Shown here one piece after another: positions 50,301 to 64,000 of a DNA stretch of 64,000 nt. Numbering within the stretch: position 1 is the stretch's first letter; the number at the start of each line of letters is the position of its first letter. A program made the position numbers and the translations under genes. The notes beneath the pieces were generated by a model, which worked only from the letters and a program-made list of their open reading frames with translations, made no database searches and was not told the DNA's origin. Origin of the DNA: the human T2T-CHM13v2.0 reference genome, Homo sapiens; the NCBI RefSeq assembly GCF_009914755.1, contig NC_060936.1, one strand, 5' to 3'.

Positions 50301-51710
50301 TGGTGACGCAGCAAAATGCCCGGGCCTTGCCGCCGCGCGTGCGCAGTCCTTGTTTTTGGGCTCCGGCGCGGCTTTCTAGAGATATCTACGGAAAGGGCGG
50401 GGCCTCCCAGCTCCTTCGCGATCCTTCCTGGCGCCGGCCCCGCCCTTCGTCCGCCACCCCACCCCCACTCCGCCCCCTGCTAGTCCCTACGCGTTCCCGC
50501 CTCTCCTCCCGCTCTGTCTTCTCGCGTTAGAAAACCGTTAGTGGCCCAACTGCCCTGCCATGCGCCTTCGGCGATTTCTCTGAGAAACGGTTGCGTTGAC
50601 AGTGGGAGGCAAGGCTGAGGCGGAGGGACACGGAGTCGGGATCCTGGAGAACTGAAATGGCGCGTTGGTTACTCTTGAGGGAGTAAATCAGCTCACTGAG
50701 TCATCATTCCACCACAAAAACCTGTAAAAAGCCTGTGCTGTGGAAAAGGGCTCACTTCAGAATCAAGGGCCTGGGTCCACCTCGCCATTTTTCTGAAGGT
50801 TGGAGGCTCTGTCCAGGGACAGCGGAAATTCGAGGTTCTTGGCGGAGGAGGAGCATTTGCCAATTGGGGCGGGCTTTTGCCCCTACCTTGAGACCTTAGT
50901 GCTGTAGATGAGCCAGGAAAGGTATTTGAGGGGAGAGTCTAGGTTTCTGGGAATGGAGAGAGTAGGACATTGTGTGTTTCCACGCACATCGTTTGGGGGA
51001 GAAGGGGTTCCCCGTCGCTTTGTGCAACATATTAGTAGGGTGTAGTAGGGGTAGCAACCAAGAGACCCAAAACAGTCCTGCTTAAGAAGAAGCCGCTTAA
51101 CGGTGGATTGGGGAAAAATACTCTAGTGCGCTGCATTTTGAACAGGAAGGAGGTTTAACGAAAGTGCTATAAAACCTTTCTGAAGAACGGGGCTTCATAA
51201 TAAGCACTAAGGTATTTAGTGTCTGTGTTGTGCAGGACAGCTAGTGGGAGCTACGAAACCTGGACCCTAGCTCAAATGCCATTAAAAAGGGAAATTGGGC
51301 GGGGCGCCCGTGGCTCACGCCTATAATCCCAGTACTTTGGGAAGTTCGGTGGGCGGATCACCTGAGGTCAGGAGTTCAGGACCAGCCCACCCAACATGGT
51401 GAAACCCCATCTCTACTAAAAATACTAATTAGCAGGGCGTGGTGGCACTTGCCTGTAATGCCAAATACTAGCTAGTATGAGGCGGGAGGATAGCTCGAAC
51501 CCCGAACCCGGGAGGCGGAGGTTGCAGTGAGCACTCCAACTTGGGCGACAGAGTGAGACCCTGTGTCAACAAAAAAAAAAAAAAGGGAAGGGGCCGGGCG
51601 CGGTGGCTCACACCTGTAATCCCAGCACTTCGGGAGGCAGAGGCGGGCAGATCACGAGGTCAGGAGATTGAGCCCATCCTGGCTAACATGGTGAAACCCC
51701 GTCTCTACTA

Positions 51711-52017
<307 letters not shown>

Positions 52018-52307
52018 CTACTAAAAATACAAAATATTTGGCCAGGAGCAGTAGCTGACGCCTGTAATCCCAATACTTTGGGAGGCCGAGGCGGGCGGAT
52101 CACGAGGTCAGGAGTTCAAGACCAGACTGGCCAACATGGCAAAACCCCATCTCTACTAAAAATACAAAAATTAGCTGGGCGTGGTGTGCCTATAATCCCA
52201 GGTACTCAGGAGTCTTAGGTGGGAGAATCTCTTGAACCCGGAAGACGCAGGTTGCAGCGAGTCTAGATTGTACCACTGTACTCCAGCTTGGTGACAGTGA
52301 GACTCTG

Positions 52308-52338
<31 letters not shown>

Positions 52339-52636
52339 GAAAAAATAGGTCACAACCAAATAATGGTGGCACTGAATGTCAGGCTAAATTTTTTTTTTTT
52401 TTTATGTTTTTGAGACAGGGTCTCACTTTAACTCAGGCTGGAGTGCAGTAGTGGTATCACAGGTCACTGCAGTCTTGACTTCTGGGTCCAATTGATCCTC
52501 CTGTAACGACTGAATTTAAATATATGTCCAGAGTCACAAATTGCAAAAGAGAACTTTATAGACTGATTTGAGCAATTAAAAAAATTGTTAATTGAAGGTG
52601 AGAACAATCCTATTTTATAAGGGGGCTTTCTAATAA

Positions 52637-53404
<768 letters not shown>

Positions 53405-54002
53405 TCATGAGGTCAGGAGTTCAAGACCAGCCTGGCCAAGACGGTGAAACCCTGTCTCTACTAAAAATACAAAAATTAGCCAGGCTTGGTGGTGGGTGCT
53501 TGTAATCCCAGCTACTTGGGAGGCTGTGGCAGAACCTGTGAGGTGGAGGTGGCAGTGAGCCGAGATCTCCCCACTGCACTCCAGCCTGGGTGACGAGACT
53601 CTGTCTCAAAAAAAAAAAAAAATTGGCCATAAACCTTAAAAGAGATATTATGACCCAGCTTAATATAAACATTACTAGTAGCCACCTGTAGTCCCAGCTA
53701 CTTGAGAGGCTGAGGTGGGAGGATTGCTTAAGCCCAAGAGTTCAAGTCCAGCCTGGGCAACGTAGGGAGACCCTGTCTTTGAAAAAATAAATTTTTTTTT
53801 TTTTTAGATGGAGTCTCTGTCGCCCAGGCTGGAATGCAGTGGCACGATCTCTTTTTAGTAGAGACGGGGTTTCACCATGTTCACCAGGCTGGTCTTGAAC
53901 TCCTGACCTCAGGTGATCTGCCTGCCTCGGCCTCCCAAAGTGCTGGGATTACAGACGTGAGCCACTGCGCCCAGCAAATAAAATCATTTTTAAAATTACT
54001 TA

Positions 54003-54164
<162 letters not shown>

Positions 54165-54184
54165 TCATCTGAGGTCAGGAGTCA

Positions 54185-54469
<285 letters not shown>

Positions 54470-54544
54470 TCACGAGGTCAGGAGATTGAGACCATCCTGG
54501 CTAACATGGTGAAACCCCATCTCTACTAAAAATACAAAAAATTA

Positions 54545-55009
<465 letters not shown>

Positions 55010-55112
55010 TCAAAAAAAAAAAAAAAAAAAAAAAAAGCTATTTACCCGCTGGGCGCTGTAATCCCAGCACTTTGGGAGACCGAGGCGGGTGGATCACAAG
55101 GTCAGGAGTTCA

Positions 55113-55336
<224 letters not shown>

Positions 55337-56017
55337 TTACCTGTAAAAATGACATGCATTGAATGAAGTATTTTTAAAATGGTGGCCGGGCGCAGTGGCT
55401 GAAGCCTGTAATCCCAGCACTTTGGGAGGCTGAGGCGGGTGGATCACAAGGTCAGGAGATCGAGACCATCCTGGCTAACATGGTGAAACCCCATCTCTAC
55501 TAAAAATACAAGAAATTAGCTGGGCGTCGTGGCCCATGCCTGTAGTCCCAGCTACTCGGGAGGCTGAGGCAGGAGAGTCACTTGAACCCAGGAGGTGGAG
55601 TTGCAGTGAGCCAAGATTGCACCACTGCACTCCAGCCTGGGCAACAGAGCGAGACTCTGTCTCAAAAAATAAGTAAATAATATAAAAAATAAAAATATAA
55701 ATGGCCTTCTGCTGGGCACGGTGGCTTATGCCTGTAAACCCGGGACTTTGGGAGGCTGAGGTGGGTGGATCACTTGAGGTCAGGAGTTTGAGACAGCCTG
55801 GCCAACATGGCAAAACCTGTTTTTCCTAAAAATACAAAAATTAGGCCCGGCGCAGTGGCTCACACCTGTAATCCCAGCACTTAGGGAGGCCAAGGCAGGT
55901 GGATCATGAGGTCAGGAGTTCAAGACCAGCCTGCGCAAGATGGTGAAACCTCACCTGTACTAAAAATACAAAAATTAGCTGGGTGCAGTGGCAGGTGCCT
56001 GGAATCCCAGCTACTCA

Positions 56018-56263
<246 letters not shown>

Positions 56264-56321
56264 TCAGTCTGGGCAACAGAGCAGGACTCTGTCTCCAAAA
56301 AAAAAAAAAGATCTTCTACCC

Positions 56322-57279
<958 letters not shown>

Positions 57280-58210
57280 TTCTACCCCAAACATCACCTT
57301 ATCTTATGTTTACATCTGAAGTTTATATTATAGAAAATAAGACCATTGAGTGGGCAGGGTGGCTCATTCCTGTGATCCCAGTACTTAGGGGGCCAAGATG
57401 GGAGGTTTGCTTGAGCCCAGGAGTTTGAGACCAGCCTGGACTACATAGGGAGAGCCTGTCACTACAAAAAATAAAAAATTAGCCAGATGTGGTATATGGT
57501 GATGCTGGGATTACAGACATGAGTCACTGTGCCTGGCCTGGTGGACACATGTCTTGAGTGAGACCACTGCCGTCATGCTTTTCTCACTATTCTGAGTCCC
57601 TGGCACATAGTAGATGCTCAAAAATGTTTGTTAAATATATTAATAATTTAGCTGTAATGGAGAAAAACTATGGACAAACCAGTCATGGTAGTTTAGGCAA
57701 GAGATTAGACCCAGAACTAAAGCAGTGGCAGTAGGAGTGGACAGATAAAGCTAACCCAGAATTTTGATGTATTTCTAACTTTGAAGACCAGTTAGAAAAG
57801 GAATCAGATAAGGAGGTTTCTAGTTTGGGAGACTGGGTGAAATGCGACACCATTAGCTGAGACTGAAAGGGACAGATGGAGGAGTAGAAATATAATTTAA
57901 TATAGTTTATATTTAGCAGTTGAGGAAAGGGTTTTTTTTGTTGCTTGTTTAGGAATGGGATGTTTTATCATGTTTGATGGGTGAGAAAAGAAGCCAGTGG
58001 AAAGAGAGGAGGGGTTTAAGAAGACAGGATAACAGGGAGAACAAGGTCTGGTATGAGGCAGGAGAGGATAAAAGCCAAAGGAAACAAAGAGAAGGCATAG
58101 GAAGAAGGAAGGAGATGAAAGTCTAAGGGAAGGGCTTTTAAACTTGATTCTGGCTCTCGTGCTCTCTCTCTCTTGCTCTGTATCTGTGTGTATACACACA
58201 CAAAAAGAAT

Positions 58211-58245
<35 letters not shown>

Positions 58246-58377
58246 TATATATACATTTTTTTTGAGACACATCCTCTGTTGCTCAGCCTGGAGTGTAGTG
58301 ATGTGATTATGGCTCACTGCAGCCTTGACCTCCCCAGGCTCAGGTGATCCTCCCACCTCAGTCTCCCAAGTAGCTGA

Positions 58378-58569
<192 letters not shown>

Positions 58570-58839
58570 TGAATTAGGTGCCAGATCCATGACAGAAATA
58601 TATTTTACAGCAAAGGAACTCAGATCACTTAAGCTTTTCGTTTGCAGGTTTGTTGGGTACTACAACCTGGAAGTTAATATCTAACTCCCATGTAGTATCT
58701 AACTTGTGAAATCTTGTTTTGCTTCCATCTCTAAAGAAGTGTCCTTCTGGAGGTTGCAGGGAGCCGAGATCATGACACTGCCCTTCAGCCTGGACAATAG
58801 ATTCAAATCTTGTCTCAATTAAAAAAATAATAATAATAA

Positions 58840-59067
<228 letters not shown>

Positions 59068-59128
59068 TAGTAGAGACAGGGTTTTGACATGTTGGGCAGG
59101 CTGGTCTCGAACTCCTGACCTCAGGTGA

Positions 59129-59539
<411 letters not shown>

Positions 59540-59950
59540 TAGCCAGGATGGTCTCAATCTCCTCACCTCATGATCCGCCCACCTCGCTCCTAAAATGCTG
59601 GGATTACAGGTGTGAGCCACCGCGCCTGGCCACCTCAGGCCTCCTTTTTATGCTGTGGTCTGTTAAACTTTTTCCACATTTCTAAGATTACTCCATAAAC
59701 TATTCTCACTAAAGGTACTTCTTTGCTGTCCATTCATTGGTTCCCACTCCCCCAAGCTACCAAAGTGGATACACTGAAAGCCACTCAATTGTCAAATTCA
59801 AAGGCCCTTTTCTTCAGGCTGGGCACTGTGGCCCATGCCTATAATCCTATTATTTTGGGTAGGCAGATCGCCTGAGCCCAGGAGTTCAAGATCAGCCTGG
59901 GCAACATGGTGAAAACCTGTCTCTACCAAACCCCCACCCCCCCAAAATTA

Positions 59951-60467
<517 letters not shown>

Positions 60468-60929
60468 TTAGGAGGCTGAGGTGGGTGGATCACTTGAGCC
60501 CAGGAGGTCAAGGTGGAAATGAGCTGAGATCATGCCATGTACTCCAGCTTGGGTGACAGAGACACTGTGTCAAAAAAAAAAAAAAAAAAAGGCCGTTTTT
60601 TTCAGTCTCTGTTCTTTTTTTTTTTTTTTTGAGACAGAGTTTAGCTGTTGTTACCCAGGCTGGAATACAGTGGTTCACTGCATCCTCCGCCTCCTGGGTT
60701 CTGGGTTCAAGTGATTCTTCTGTCTCAGCCTCCTGTGTAGATGGGATTACAGGTGTGTGCCACCATGCTGAGCTAATTGTTGTATTTTTAGTAGAGACGA
60801 GGTTTCACCATGTTGGCCAGGCTGGTCTCGAACTCCTGACCTCAAGTGATCCACCCGCCTTGGTGTCCCAAAGTGCTGGGATTACAGGCATGAGCCACTG
60901 CACCCAACCTGTTCTTGGTCTCTTTGAAG

Positions 60930-61735
<806 letters not shown>

Positions 61736-62184
61736 TGAACCTCCCAAGTAGCTGTGAGTACAGGTGCGCACCGCCACACCTGGCTAATTTTTGTATTTTT
61801 AGTAGAGACAGGGTTTCATCATCTTGGCCAAGTTGGTCTCGAACTCCTGGCCTAAGGTGATCCACCTGCCTCGGCCTCCCAAAGTGCTGGGATTACAGAG
61901 GTGAGCCACGGCACCCGGCCTTATTTATTTTATCTTTTTGAGACAGGGTTTCACTCTGTCACCTGGGCTGGAGTGCAGTGGCACGATTTCTGCTCACCAT
62001 AGCCTTGACCTCTGGGCTTGAGTGATCCTCCCGCCCCAGCCTCCCAAGTAGGTGGGACTACAGGCGGGCGCCATCACACCTGGCTAATTTTTTTTTTGAA
62101 AAGGAGTTTCGCTCTTGTTGCCCAGGCTGGAGTTCAATGGCCGATCTCGGCTCACTGCAACCTCCGCCTCCCGGGTTCAAGTGA

Positions 62185-62391
<207 letters not shown>

Positions 62392-62550
62392 TGAGTAGCT
62401 GGGACTACAGGCACCTGCCACCACGCCCGGCTAATTTTTTGTATTTTTAGTAGAGACGGGGTTTCACTGTGTTAGCCAGGATGGTCTGGATCTCCTGACC
62501 TCGTGATCCGCCTGCCTCGGCCTCCCAAAGTGCTGGGATTACAGGCGTGA

Positions 62551-62718
<168 letters not shown>

Positions 62719-63347
62719 TGACACCAGGCTCGGCTAATTTTTGTTTTTTTAGTAGAGACAAGGATTCACCATATTGGCCAGGCTGGTCTCAAGCTCCTGA
62801 CCTCAAGTGATCCGCCCGCCTCAGCCTCCAAAAGTGCTGCTATTACAGGCATGAGCCACCGCGCCGGCCCCAAGTGACTCTCATGGGCTGGAGACACAGG
62901 CTATTATGAATTGCTAACCACAGTCTCTTAGTCTCCCTTTTAAATAACAAAAGAGGAAATTTCTTCACTTCCTGACACAACTCTCCATCATACAGTTGGC
63001 CAAGAGCAGTTAGAAACTTTCATCCTTAATTTGTGTCCTTTGGGAGTTGCTGCTTTCTTAGAGTCATTAAATGCATGTAGGCAGTGTCTGCTTCATTAAG
63101 CCAGATTTATACCAAATGAAAAGGCAGAGAAAGATCTAATTTAATGAATATTTCTTTTTTTTTTTTTTGAGACGGAGTTTCACTCGTCACCCAAGCTGGA
63201 GTGTAATTCGTGGTCTCCGGTCACTGCAACCTCCGCCTCCTGGGTTCAAGCGATTCTCCAGCCTCAGCCTTCCAGCCTCAGCCTCCCAAGTAGCTGGGAT
63301 TACAGGTGCCCGCCACCACACCCAGCTAATATTTGTATTTTTAGTAG

Positions 63348-63464
<117 letters not shown>

Positions 63465-63587
63465 TAATTAAGATTTCTAAGAACTAGATCAACAAATCAG
63501 TGGGACTGTAAAGGCAATTCTTGGGACACAGGTCAGGAAACTCTGTGCTTAATTCAGAAATCAAAAATCCAGCAATCTCACTTCTGG

Positions 63588-64000
<413 letters not shown>

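Noticed and set aside
50371-50390. Heat-shock-element-like TTCTAGAGA in the PTGES3 promoter
   Set aside because: Lacks three proper alternating nGAAn units.

Overview
Human (or very close great-ape) genomic DNA; the gene order matches chr12q13.3. It holds two complete minus-strand housekeeping genes. ATP5F1B (10 coding exons, 7949 to 320, 529 aa) hosts the intronic C/D snoRNAs SNORD59A and SNORD59B. PTGES3/p23 (8 coding exons, 50002 to 26479, 160 aa) has its start codon split by a ~15-kb intron. The rest is extremely Alu-dense, with a 7SL pseudogene, a non-canonical 5'-inverted SVA, a MER11 solo LTR nested in an AluY target-site duplication inside MER1A, a MER41B LTR with tandem GAS sites, and older MER1B/MER3/MER5A/MER8/MIR/MLT1/L1M relics. 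Most ORF-track entries are Alu or SVA artefacts. I found no wholly new gene system. The best leads are (i) PTGES3 back-splicing (exon 6 or 3 onto exon 2) would recreate the split AUG and could make a translatable circRNA, (ii) the inverted, apparently spliced, 3'-transducing SVA, (iii) the nested-TE dating, and (iv) the candidate interferon-responsive MER41B. Repeat family calls come from recalled consensus sequences, not from a search.
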